Assembly (NCBI GenBank): GCA_039591275.1
Contig: JBDHDY010000002.1
Location: forward strand, 1 to 44,024
Source of the DNA: Gemmatimonadota bacterium
Lineage (GTDB): Bacteria > Gemmatimonadota > Gemmatimonadetes > Gemmatimonadales > GWC2-71-9
Reading direction: 5' to 3'
Length of the DNA: 44,024 nucleotides
Part shown: in pieces, positions 28,568 through 37,175 of the stretch
Layout of the letters: the number at the start of each line of letters is the position of its first letter
Numbering within the stretch: the stretch's first letter is position 1
The notes under the pieces: model-generated
What the model was told of the DNA's origin: nothing
What the model saw: only the letters and a program-made list of their open reading frames with translations
Databases searched by the model: none
Program-made: the position numbers and the translations under genes

Positions 28568-29362
28568 TCAGACTATGCTGCGGATGTATCCGCCGTCCAC
28601 CTGGAGTGCGGCGCCGGTAATATAACCCGCAGCCTCTGAAGCCAAGAATGCAACGGCCGCGGCGAGCTCATCGGGTTCTCCCATCCGACCCTGGGGAATG
28701 CCCGCCACCAGCGATGCCTCGATCTCCTCTGGGCTCCGCTGCTCATGGGCCGCGCGCTCCTTGACCAAGTCGGTGACTCGACCGGTTCGCATGTAGCCCG
28801 GACAAACCGAATTCACAGTCACGCCGTCCAGTGCCACCTCATCCGCCAGGCTCTTCGCAAATCCGAGCACGCCGGCTCGGGCTGTGGTCGACAAGATGAG
28901 CCCTCCCAAGGGCTCCTTGGCCGCGACGCTGGTCAGGCAAACGACGCGCCCCCAACCGCGACTTCGCATACCGGGCACCGCTGCACGACAGAGATGAATC
29001 GTCGACAGCAGGTTGAGCTCGAGCGCCGCCTGCCAGCTCTCGGCGGGTGTCTTGGCGAATGGTGCCGCCGCCGGTCCACCGGCGTTGCACACCAGAATGT
29101 CAACCGGCCCGAGTTCGTCAGTGGCTCGCTCTACCAATGCCGTCGCCTGATCGGGTTTGGAAACGTCGGCCGCCAGGCCCACGGCGTGCGGATCACCGCT
29201 CATCGACTTGAGTTCGGCCACGGCACGGTTGAGCCCGCTCTCGTCGCGACCATTGAGCACCACGCCGCACCCTTCACGGGCGAAGCGCTTAGCGATGGCA
29301 AATCCCAGACCGGACGACGAACCGCAGACCAACGCAAGCCGTCCGTCGATCTGAAGATCCAT
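28568..29362 (-). CDS. SDR family oxidoreductase (FabG-like)
   Basis: ALVCGSSSGLGFAIA (Rossmann TGxxxGxG variant), NAGG, NSVCPGYMRT. Confidence 0.85.
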   Translation of the reverse strand: MDLQIDGRLALVCGSSSGLGFAIAKRFAREGCGVVLNGRDESGLNRAVAELKSMSGDPHAVGLAADVSKPDQATALVERATDELGPVDILVCNAGGPAAAPFAKTPAESWQAALELNLLSTIHLCRAAVPGMRSRGWGRVVCLTSVAAKEPLGGLILSTTARAGVLGFAKSLADEVALDGVTVNSVCPGYMRTGRVTDLVKERAAHEQRSPEEIEASLVAGIPQGRMGEPDELAAAVAFLASEAAGYITGAALQVDGGYIRSIV

Positions 29363-29509
29363 GTTGTTGCTCCGGATTTACATGCCTGTGTGACAGAAAC
29401 TTGTCAGGTGGACAAAACCATCTGATGGATCCGAACGCCATGACAGTACGGGTCGGTCCTCGTGCGCGGAAGGGGACCGGCCGCAGTTGCAATAGGATTG
29501 GGAATGGGC

Positions 29510-32461
29510 CTATGCGGATTTGCTGGCTTTGACCGGCTCTAACTTCACGGCGCACACCTTGAGCTCGGCCATTTTGGCATGGGGCTCGAGCACCGGACTC
29601 GTCAGGAGGTTCGCGGCGGCCTCACGGAAGTGGAACGGCACGAAGACCTGGTGCCGTGCAACTCGATTGGAGATCCGCACGGAGGTGGTCATTGAGTTGC
29701 GCCGGCTCGTAATACGGATCGGGTCGCCATCTGACACGCCGAGCTCGTCTGCGTCGTCGGGGTTGACCTCGACGATGGCGGTGGGTTCGCGTGCGTCGAG
29801 CCCTTGCGATCGGCGGGTCATGGTGCCGGTGTGCCAATGATAGAGTTGCCGGCCGGTGTTCATGACAAACGGGTAATCGTCATCGGGAAGTTCTCGCGGA
29901 TCGGCATACTCCACCGGATGGAATGTTGCCTTGCCGTCCGCGGTCGGAAATCGCTCGGCGAAGAGGTACGATGTTCCCGGGTGGTTTTCATCCGGAATCG
30001 GGTACTGCAACCCCGGTCCATCGAGGCGGTCATATGTGACGCCAGCCCAAGCCGGCGCGACCTGGCGGATCTCCCGCATCACAGCTTCGGGCTCTGCAAA
30101 CGGTGTCTTCAGGCCGATGCGGTTGGAGAGATCGACGATGATGTCCCAGTCGGCGCGCGCCTGCCCTGGTGGATCCATGGCTTTGTGAGCGATCTGGATG
30201 CGACGCTCGGTATTTACGTACGTGCCTGTTTTCTCGGCGAACGAGGCGCCTGGCAGCACGACATCTGCGTAGCGGGCGGTCTCTGTCAAGAAGAGATCCT
30301 GCACCACGAGGAAGTCTAGGGTGTGGAACCATGCTTCTGCATGGGCGATGTCAGGATCTGAGATGATAGGGTTTTCACCCATGATGTAGAGTCCCTTGAT
30401 CCCGGAGTCCTCCTTGGCCATCTGAGTGACGGTGAGCCCGGGTTCCAGCGACATCACTTCTTGATCGACACCCCACGCCTTGGCGAATTTCTCGCGGTTC
30501 TTGGGGTCTGTGACCGACTGGTAATCGGGATACGCGAATGGAATGGCGCCCATGTCCGACGCCCCCTGGACGTTGTTCTGTCCCCGCACGGGCATCATGG
30601 CGGCGCCCCAGCGACCGATCATCCCGGTTGCCAGGATGAGGTTGAGGATCGACGTGACCATGTCGTGGCCCTTCAGGTGCTGGGTCAAGCCCATGGCCCA
30701 GAGGGTCGATGTGTTGGGGCCACGCGCGTAACGCTCCGCTGCCTCCCGTATCAAGGCCGCCGGCACGCCGGTGATGGCTTCCGCTTTCTCCGGCGGATAT
30801 GCTTCGACCGCTTTGCGGATGGTATCGAAGTTGTGTGTCCGCTTGTCGATGAACTCTTGGTCTTCGAGACCTTGCTGCAGGATGTGGTGCAGCATCGCGT
30901 TGAACAGCGCCACGTCGGTGCCCGGCTGCATCTGCAGGTGAATATCGGCTCGGGCTGCGAGCTCGGTGACTCTCGGATCGGCGACGATCAGGTAACTGCC
31001 GCGCCGGTGGGCGCGCTTGAGGGCGGCTCCGAACACCGGATGCGTCTCGCTCGTGTTGGCGCCGGCGATGAAGATGACATCGCATGCCTCCTCCACTTCT
31101 CGCATGGACCCCGAGGCCGCGGCGGTGCTGAGCGCGGCCTGCATGGCTGACACGCTTGTGGAGTGACAGAGGCGGGTGCAGTGGTCGACGTTGTTGGTGC
31201 CGAAGGAGCCACGGAACAGCCGTTGGAGGAGGTAGTTCTCCTCATTGCTGCATTTGGCGCTCTGGAACACGGCCACGGCATTCGACCCGTGCCGCTCCTT
31301 GACGTCGACGAGCTGTTGGGCCGCCAGGTCGAGGGCCTCCTCCCAGGTCGCCTCACGGTACGGCTCGTACCAATCCGCGGGCGTGGTGGCGCGATCTCGC
31401 ACGTCCATGGTCACGCGCTCGAGGAGTGGGAGGTCGCGCACCCGCTTGCCGACGGCGCGTGGGGGCGCTGGCGTTTTGGGCGTTTGTCCCTCGCCCTCGA
31501 TGGTTTGCCACGGGCCACCGCGACGGCGCGAGCCGGTCTCTCCCTCCCACACCCAACGTCCGTCGCGCCTCGCCCATCCTGTGCGAATCAACGGCTTGGT
31601 CAGGCGATCTCGATGCTGTGTGAAGTCGCATCCGAATCGCCCTTTGACGCAGGTCGACCCCTGGTTCGGGGTGATTTCCTCGATATCCGGAGAAGTGACA
31701 CGGGCAATCTCATTGTCCTTGATGTGCAGATCGATCTGGCATCCGACGCCACAGTAGGGGCACACCGACCGCACCACGTGGTCGGCACGCACCCACGCCT
31801 CCCCGAAACGATCTCGGGGCATGACCTCGAAGATTGCACCGGTTGGGCAGACGCGAACACATTCCCCGCACCATGTGCATGCAGCCTTGTCGGGGTCACC
31901 GTCGCTTCCCACCACGATCTGGGCTCGCTCGCCACGGTAAGCGACATCGAGCACTCCGACGACCTGAATGTCCTCGCATGCACGCACGCATCGCGTACAC
32001 AGAATACAGGTGCTCATATCGTGCCGGATCATCGGGTCGCCGGGTCGCTCATCGCCCTCACGCAGCGGAAGGTCACGGTGCGCGACCGGTGTAGGCTCGA
32101 CACCATACTGCACCAGATACTGTTCGAACTCGTTCTCCGGTCTGGCCGTCCCACCGTCACGGAGGTGATCTGCCGGATACCGCTCAGCGAGAAGTGACAG
32201 GACGCCGCGGCGGGCGTCCACCACAGGCTCCGACTGTGTCTCGATGTGCATGCCGTTTGCAGCCTGTGTGGCGCAGGCCGGGAGCAGCTTGTCCTGGCCC
32301 TTTACGGCAACAAGACACATGCGACAGTTGCCGACGACAGGGAGCTTGGGATACCAGCAAAAGGTGGGAATTTGAATTCCTGCCGCGCGCGCCGCATCCA
32401 AGATCGTCGTGCCGTCGGCCGTGGTGACGGTTTCGCCGTTGATATTGATCGTCGTCGTCAT
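29510..32461 (-). CDS. formate dehydrogenase alpha subunit, Mo/W-bisPGD enzyme with N-terminal 2Fe-2S and 4Fe-4S domains (Cys-type, FdhA/YjgC-like)
   Basis: 983 aa from ATG 32461. 2Fe-2S: CWYPKL..GNCRMCLV..ACAT. Ferredoxin: CILCTRCVRAC and CTWCGECVRVCPTGA. CPYCGVGC. Active-site region NVDHCTRLCHSTSV (Cys, no in-frame TGA). C-terminal PGD-binding barrel. Confidence 0.9.
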   Translation of the reverse strand: MTTTININGETVTTADGTTILDAARAAGIQIPTFCWYPKLPVVGNCRMCLVAVKGQDKLLPACATQAANGMHIETQSEPVVDARRGVLSLLAERYPADHLRDGGTARPENEFEQYLVQYGVEPTPVAHRDLPLREGDERPGDPMIRHDMSTCILCTRCVRACEDIQVVGVLDVAYRGERAQIVVGSDGDPDKAACTWCGECVRVCPTGAIFEVMPRDRFGEAWVRADHVVRSVCPYCGVGCQIDLHIKDNEIARVTSPDIEEITPNQGSTCVKGRFGCDFTQHRDRLTKPLIRTGWARRDGRWVWEGETGSRRRGGPWQTIEGEGQTPKTPAPPRAVGKRVRDLPLLERVTMDVRDRATTPADWYEPYREATWEEALDLAAQQLVDVKERHGSNAVAVFQSAKCSNEENYLLQRLFRGSFGTNNVDHCTRLCHSTSVSAMQAALSTAAASGSMREVEEACDVIFIAGANTSETHPVFGAALKRAHRRGSYLIVADPRVTELAARADIHLQMQPGTDVALFNAMLHHILQQGLEDQEFIDKRTHNFDTIRKAVEAYPPEKAEAITGVPAALIREAAERYARGPNTSTLWAMGLTQHLKGHDMVTSILNLILATGMIGRWGAAMMPVRGQNNVQGASDMGAIPFAYPDYQSVTDPKNREKFAKAWGVDQEVMSLEPGLTVTQMAKEDSGIKGLYIMGENPIISDPDIAHAEAWFHTLDFLVVQDLFLTETARYADVVLPGASFAEKTGTYVNTERRIQIAHKAMDPPGQARADWDIIVDLSNRIGLKTPFAEPEAVMREIRQVAPAWAGVTYDRLDGPGLQYPIPDENHPGTSYLFAERFPTADGKATFHPVEYADPRELPDDDYPFVMNTGRQLYHWHTGTMTRRSQGLDAREPTAIVEVNPDDADELGVSDGDPIRITSRRNSMTTSVRISNRVARHQVFVPFHFREAAANLLTSPVLEPHAKMAELKVCAVKLEPVKASKSA

Positions 32462-32902
32462 GCAACCAATTTGGAGGCTGCATATCCCGACGGCAAGAGT
32501 CGGTGAATTGCGTGCGGCAAGGTCGTGGTGATCGAAACGATGTTGAAGATGCACAATGTGCGTTGTGTCATGCTGCAAACCACGGCGAGCAGTTTTGAGA
32601 AAAGTATTGCGTGTTCGGCTGGTATGTATAATATTCGCATCGACTTAATGCGCCGACCGGACCATTGATGATACGAGTTCGACGCGAAGTTCGAAGATGT
32701 CCACAACAAGGATCTGGTGACTCGACGCCGCAGACGATTCTCTCTCGCCGCGAGCTTTCTCATCCGTCCCCAGATTTTCCGTCTTTTGCGAACGATCTAC
32801 GGTTTTCACCCCTCGGCGTGATCGCGCAGCGGGCGCACGCCGTTGGCACTCACGACCGTCCACTTCGGGCGGGCAAACCCCACCAGTCCACGGAGGACAA
32901 GC

Positions 32903-33241
32903 ATGGCAGCTAGGCGAAGAAAGAAGGCGACCAAGCGGAAGGCCGCCAAGCGCACTACGAAGCGCAAGGCGACCAAGCGCAAGGCCACGAAGCGGAAGGC
33001 GACCAAGCGCAAAGCCACCAGGCGGAAGGCTGCGAAGAAGGCCACGAAGCGGCCGAAAAGACGCAAGAAAGCCGCGGCGAAGAAGGCCACGAAGCGGCCG
33101 AAAAGGCGCAAGAAGGCTGCTGCGAAGAAAGCCACGAAGCGGCCGAGAAGGCGCAAGAAGGCTGCTGCGAAGAAGGCCACGAAGCGGCCGAGAAGGCGCA
33201 AGAAGGCTGCCGCGGCGACTGGTAAGAAGCGCCGCCGCTAG
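32903..33241 (+). CDS. histone H1-like Lys/Arg/Ala-rich basic protein (112 aa)
   Basis: ATG 32903 preceded by GGAGGA. MAARRRKKATKRKAAKR..(KRKAT)x4..(KKATKRP[KR]RRKKAAA)x4..GKKRRR. Confidence 0.7.
   Translation: MAARRRKKATKRKAAKRTTKRKATKRKATKRKATKRKATRRKAAKKATKRPKRRKKAAAKKATKRPKRRKKAAAKKATKRPRRRKKAAAKKATKRPRRRKKAAAATGKKRRR
32960..33019 (+). repeat. 4 x 15-nt in-frame tandem repeat (KRKAT)
   Basis: Codons 20-39 of the H1-like gene. Units differ only at synonymous or near-synonymous positions. Confidence 0.8.
33035..33214 (+). repeat. 4 x 45-nt in-frame tandem repeat (KKATKRPKRRKKAAA)
   Basis: Codons 45-104 of the H1-like gene. Copies 1-2 have PKRR and copies 3-4 have PRRR. Confidence 0.85.
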
Positions 33242-33276
33242 TCTCGGAGTCGCCCACACACGTAGCACGTTGCACG

Positions 33277-33301
33277 GGGGCCGGCACGCTTTGCCGGCCC
33301 C
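33277..33301. terminator. perfect GC hairpin between convergent genes
   Basis: GGGGCCGGC (33277..33285) pairs with GCCGGCCCC (33293..33301), 7-nt loop. No U-tract on either strand. Confidence 0.4.
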
Positions 33302-33346
33302 GCAACGCTTCCGCCCGTCAGGGTGTGTGATCCACCATTCCCAGCA

Positions 33347-34156
33347 TCAAGGCTTTGTCGCGAGAAACCACCAAGACCGTCCGGAGCGTGGCACCCGACG
33401 GGTGGACCAATCTCTGTACTGTGACTGGAGTGATTCGGCGGTGATGGGAATGACGCCGGGGCGGCTGCAGACCGGCATGACACAATGCACGCCGCTTCTC
33501 ACCGTTTGGGTTTTGAGCGTCGTCACGAGCAGTGCTCGGGCGGCGGCGTCGAGCCCTTCCAGCACACGCGGATCGAGGATGACCAGCGCCGCCGAGAACT
33601 CGGGAAACCAGCCTGTCATGCTGATCACCATTGCCCGCAACCGGCTGGCCAACCCCTCAGAAACTGCCCTACGCTCTGCTGACTCGACCGACGTGAGTTC
33701 CTGATCGATGAACAGCACCGGTGTGTCTTGCGCGGCAAGGTAAAATGCGGCCCGAGAGGCCGCCGGTCCTACAGCCAATGCCGTGTCCGTTTCCTCCAAG
33801 TAGCGCACGAGGTCTGGCAGGGGGTTGTGGGGATCGAGCCCCCAATGCGTTGGGTCTCGCTGCGCCTCCCGAGTGCGAAGATGCTGCGTGCGCCAGCGCC
33901 GGAAGGAAGGCAGCTTGAGGCGCTTCTTGATCAGCCGATCGACGTGATCCAGCAGCAGCACTTCGGTCAACACGAGCTGCTGATCGGGCCCGATCTCTAG
34001 CTCCCGGACAGCCTCGTCAGCCAACCGCAGGAGCGCGTGACGAGATAGCTCGTCCTTGTATTCCTCGATCTGTTCGAGGACGAACTCCTCGTACTCCTGC
34101 CGGAGCGAGCGCGGATGCCGCGTGGGCGAGTGGTCGGGGGCGGGCGTCGTCAACAT
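33347..34156 (-). CDS. hypothetical protein (269 aa); C-terminal half weakly Rossmann/methyltransferase-like
   Basis: High third-position GC. ATG lies inside the last codons of the upstream CDF gene (ATGTTGA overlap). ALAVGPAAS..VLFIDQE..ALVILDP loosely resemble class I MTase motifs I/II/IV. Weak evidence. Confidence 0.55.
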   Translation of the reverse strand: MLTTPAPDHSPTRHPRSLRQEYEEFVLEQIEEYKDELSRHALLRLADEAVRELEIGPDQQLVLTEVLLLDHVDRLIKKRLKLPSFRRWRTQHLRTREAQRDPTHWGLDPHNPLPDLVRYLEETDTALAVGPAASRAAFYLAAQDTPVLFIDQELTSVESAERRAVSEGLASRLRAMVISMTGWFPEFSAALVILDPRVLEGLDAAARALLVTTLKTQTVRSGVHCVMPVCSRPGVIPITAESLQSQYRDWSTRRVPRSGRSWWFLATKP

Positions 34157-35028
34157 GGCTCGATATGCACGACAATCTCGTGAAATCGGAGCTCTTGCCG
34201 CAACTTCTGCTCCACGTCATCTGCGATCCGGTGAGCCGCATCTACCGTAGCGTCCCGATCAACGGCGATGGTCAGCTCGGCAAACCGCCGGTCCGGTGAC
34301 CCCCGTGACCGTATATCGTAAGCGCTGGAAACACCGGATACGCTCTCGGCTGCTGTCTGAATCTGCGGGGCAGGCACGGCGTGTTGGTCCACGAGCACGG
34401 GCACCGAGCGGGAGACGATCCCCGACGCGATGACGACTATTGCCCCTGCGACGAGGAGAGCCACGACCGGATCCGCGTAGCCAGCGCCCGCCCGCGAGAA
34501 GATGACACCCGCCAACACGCCGATGGTGATGAGCACGTCCACTTTGGTGTGGGCTGCATCGGCTAAGAGAATCTCGCTGTTGAGCTCGTGGCCCCTGCGA
34601 GATTCGTAGAGCGCCACGAACGTGTTCACCACCAACGTGCTGGTGAGCAGGGCGATCTGTACGTTGCTGATTTCGAGTGGTTCCGCTCCCCGAACGAGGC
34701 GTGTGATTGCTCCCTTGACGAGCTCGAAGCCGCTCACGGATAGGAAGGCGACGATGACAAGGGCGCCAAGGGTTTCGAACTTGGTGTGCCCGTAGGGATG
34801 GTCTTCGTCGGGTGCGCGGGTGGCGATGCGGATCACCACCACGGCAAGCACGTTGTTCATGGCGTCCACGGAGGAGTGAACCGCATCTCCGAAGACGGCG
34901 AGCGATCCGCTGCTCAGGCCGATGAAGAACTTTGCCCCCACGACGGCCAGGTTGGCGACGAGGAGGCTGATGAGCACCCATTGAATCTGCGCCGAACGGT
35001 CGCGTGCAACCGGGCGGGCGAGCGGCAT
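34150..35028 (-). CDS. cation diffusion facilitator (CDF) family divalent-metal efflux transporter
   Basis: FGDAVHSSVDAMNN, DEDHPYGHTKFE, six TM segments, C-terminal cytoplasmic domain ending HIEPC. ATG 35028 preferred; the track start at 35091 is possible. Confidence 0.85.
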   Translation of the reverse strand: MPLARPVARDRSAQIQWVLISLLVANLAVVGAKFFIGLSSGSLAVFGDAVHSSVDAMNNVLAVVVIRIATRAPDEDHPYGHTKFETLGALVIVAFLSVSGFELVKGAITRLVRGAEPLEISNVQIALLTSTLVVNTFVALYESRRGHELNSEILLADAAHTKVDVLITIGVLAGVIFSRAGAGYADPVVALLVAGAIVVIASGIVSRSVPVLVDQHAVPAPQIQTAAESVSGVSSAYDIRSRGSPDRRFAELTIAVDRDATVDAAHRIADDVEQKLRQELRFHEIVVHIEPC

Positions 35029-35194
35029 GGCTACAAGCTCGCGATCACCTAGGATCCTGTCAATGTGGTTCCGCCCGCCCGCCACCCCCACCGGCTGCCA
35101 GCTACCGGCCTCCAGCTTCCCGATTCATTAGTTTAGAAAATCCCGTGTGTGGTCCTCGGCACCGTGGCCCCTGACTCCGGGCGGTGGAGGCCGA

Positions 35195-35554
35195 TCACCC
35201 CAAATCCGGCCGCAGGCCCTTCGCGTCGCCGAGATACACGTGCTTCATCGCTGCCTGACTCTTTTCCGTGTTCACATGGAGGAGAACGCGGATGCAGCGC
35301 GGCAAGCCATGTGGCGCATCGACCTCAACGGCACTCAGAAGAGGCGTACTATGCCATCCCAGGAGTCGGGCGGCACGTGCGGGAAACTCACTCTGCAGGT
35401 CAGGGGTGGTCGTGAAGACGATGCTGGCGACGTTCTCGATCTCGACCCCGTTGACCCGGACGATCTGCTCGAGGAGATTTCTAGTTTCAGCAAGCACGGC
35501 GTCAGGTGAGTCTGAAGGGACCACAGTAGCGCCTCGTATCCCGCGAACAGCCAT
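35195..35554 (-). CDS. aroH: chorismate mutase, AroH class
   Basis: MAVRGIRGATVV.., TTTPDLQSEFPARAARL, CIRVLLHVNT, HVYLGDAKGLRPDL. Collinear with B. subtilis AroH as I recall it. GAGGAG lies 5 nt upstream. Confidence 0.85.
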   Translation of the reverse strand: MAVRGIRGATVVPSDSPDAVLAETRNLLEQIVRVNGVEIENVASIVFTTTPDLQSEFPARAARLLGWHSTPLLSAVEVDAPHGLPRCIRVLLHVNTEKSQAAMKHVYLGDAKGLRPDLG

Positions 35555-35565
35555 TGCTTCTCCTC

Positions 35566-36198
35566 ATGTCCGCTGACGTTCGTCTAATCGCCATCACTGA
35601 TCCGGCGCTGCATCCCGGACGCGCCCTCTTCGACGCCTGCATGGCTGCTGAAGCGGGCGGCGCCACCGCGGTGCAAGTCCGGCTCAAGCACGCCGGAGCG
35701 GAGCAGCTAGTTACCGCCACCGAGCAACTCATGGCGGGGTTGCGGATCCCTGTCTATGTGAACGACCGGCTGGACGTGGCGAGCGCCGTGGGTGCTGCCG
35801 GTGTCCACATCGGTGCTGACGACTTCCCGCCCGCAAAGATCCGCGCGATTGCGCCCCGACCTCTCCGCGTCGGCTTATCTGTCGGCAGTCTCGAGGAGGC
35901 TCGGCGAGCCCTCCTGTGTGACGCCGACTACTGGAGCGTCGGGCCCTTCTATCGTACTGCGACCAAGTCCGATGCGGGAGCACCTCTGGGACCGGCCGGG
36001 TTCAGAGACTTAACTGATGTGGCGCCCACGGGCTTGCCTGTTGTAGCGATCGGTGGCATTACCCGGGAGCACGTGCCGGAAGTGATCGGGGCCGGAGCAG
36101 CGGGGATTGCCGTTATTTCCGCCATCTTCGGTGCCCGGGACATCGAGCGGGCCACCCGCGAGCTCCGGGATGCCGTTGACCTAGCGCGTCAGCGCTAG
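35566..36198 (+). CDS. thiE: thiamine-phosphate synthase
   Basis: RLIAITD, GGATAVQVRLK, VNDRLDVA, GVHIGADD, VAIGGI, GIAVISAIF. ATG 35566 preferred; the track gives TTG 35554. Confidence 0.85.
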   Translation: MSADVRLIAITDPALHPGRALFDACMAAEAGGATAVQVRLKHAGAEQLVTATEQLMAGLRIPVYVNDRLDVASAVGAAGVHIGADDFPPAKIRAIAPRPLRVGLSVGSLEEARRALLCDADYWSVGPFYRTATKSDAGAPLGPAGFRDLTDVAPTGLPVVAIGGITREHVPEVIGAGAAGIAVISAIFGARDIERATRELRDAVDLARQR

Positions 36199-37175
36199 CG
36201 TGCCCCAGCCCGGTTTGCTCCCGCCGAGTTGCGCACCGTGCGGATGGTAGTCAGGTGCTCCCGATAGGTGCGTGAAAAGACGTGCTTGCCGTCGGGTCCT
36301 GCCACGAAGTACAAGAAATTAGTCCTGGTGGGGTAAAGCGCCGCCTCTATGCTCCCCTCGGAGGGTTGACCGATTGGGCTCGGAGGGAGCCCGGTGATCC
36401 GGTAGGTATTGAAGGCCGAGACGACCGCATAGTCGCGCTCGAACAACCGCCGACGTTCGCCCAGGGCGTAGATCACGGTGGGGTCAGCTTGCAGACGCAT
36501 GCGTCGCCGAAGTCGGTTGTGATAGACCGATGAGACGTATCTGCTGTCCTCGGGGTGCTGCACCTCCCCTTCGATGATCGAGGCCAGGGTGACGATCTCA
36601 TGGCGGTCTAATCCCAGCGAGTCGAGCCGCGCGTTCCACGACGGCCTCCAGCGCGACTCGAATTCGACTACCATCTGCTGCACTACCTCCGCTGCTCCGG
36701 CGCCCGCTCGGACGAAATACGTGCTGGGGTACAGGTAGCCTTCTAGGGTCTCACCTGGAATCCCCAGACGCGCCAACAGCGTCGGATCACGAGCTGCCAC
36801 AACGAAGCTGTCGGCGGGCACCCCGAGCTGTCGCTCCACCTCCGGGGCGATTTCCCGGAGCATGAGGCCTTCCTGCACAATCAGCACATCCAATGCCGTC
36901 CGGCCGGACACCAGCACGTCGAGCACTTGTCGCATCGACATTCCAGGGGCCAGCTCGAAGATCCCGGCCTGAATGGCGCGGCCCCGACCCGTGAACCTGG
37001 CGTACGTCCGGAACAGTTTGGGGGACTCGATGATGTCATGGGTCACGAGTGATTCGCTGACACTCGTAAGGGTGGCACCTTCGGGGATGGCAAAGCGGAT
37101 CGTTTCCCCAGGCGGCGCTGACGGCGAGCAGGCTGCCAAGAGCAAGGCGGTCCAAATAGACAGCCCCACCCTCAT
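36195..37175 (-). CDS. mltG: endolytic murein transglycosylase MltG (YceG family), lipoprotein
   Basis: Lipobox LLLAAC. ASIIEGE, VSSVYHNRLRRRMRLQADPTVIYAL, NTYRITGLPPSPIGQP. Confidence 0.85.
   Translation of the reverse strand: MRVGLSIWTALLLAACSPSAPPGETIRFAIPEGATLTSVSESLVTHDIIESPKLFRTYARFTGRGRAIQAGIFELAPGMSMRQVLDVLVSGRTALDVLIVQEGLMLREIAPEVERQLGVPADSFVVAARDPTLLARLGIPGETLEGYLYPSTYFVRAGAGAAEVVQQMVVEFESRWRPSWNARLDSLGLDRHEIVTLASIIEGEVQHPEDSRYVSSVYHNRLRRRMRLQADPTVIYALGERRRLFERDYAVVSAFNTYRITGLPPSPIGQPSEGSIEAALYPTRTNFLYFVAGPDGKHVFSRTYREHLTTIRTVRNSAGANRAGAR

Noticed and set aside
29510-32461. Selenocysteine recoding in the formate dehydrogenase
   Set aside because: There is no in-frame TGA. The position equivalent to the Sec/Cys Mo ligand reads Cys (..NVDHCTRLCHSTSV..).
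32645-33305. Repeat-rich ORFs on the minus strand, and a CRISPR-like impression of the regularly spaced repeats
   Set aside because: The repeats are directly abutting (no spacers), 15 and 45 nt long, and in frame with a plus-strand gene that has a strong SD. The minus-strand ORFs are mirror images of that coding repeat.
35440-35565. Possible TPP riboswitch upstream of thiE
   Set aside because: The region is aroH coding sequence on the opposite strand. I could not find the conserved CUGAGA or ACCUGAUCUGGAUAAUGCCAGCG-type elements, only a generic GGCG...CGCC stem.
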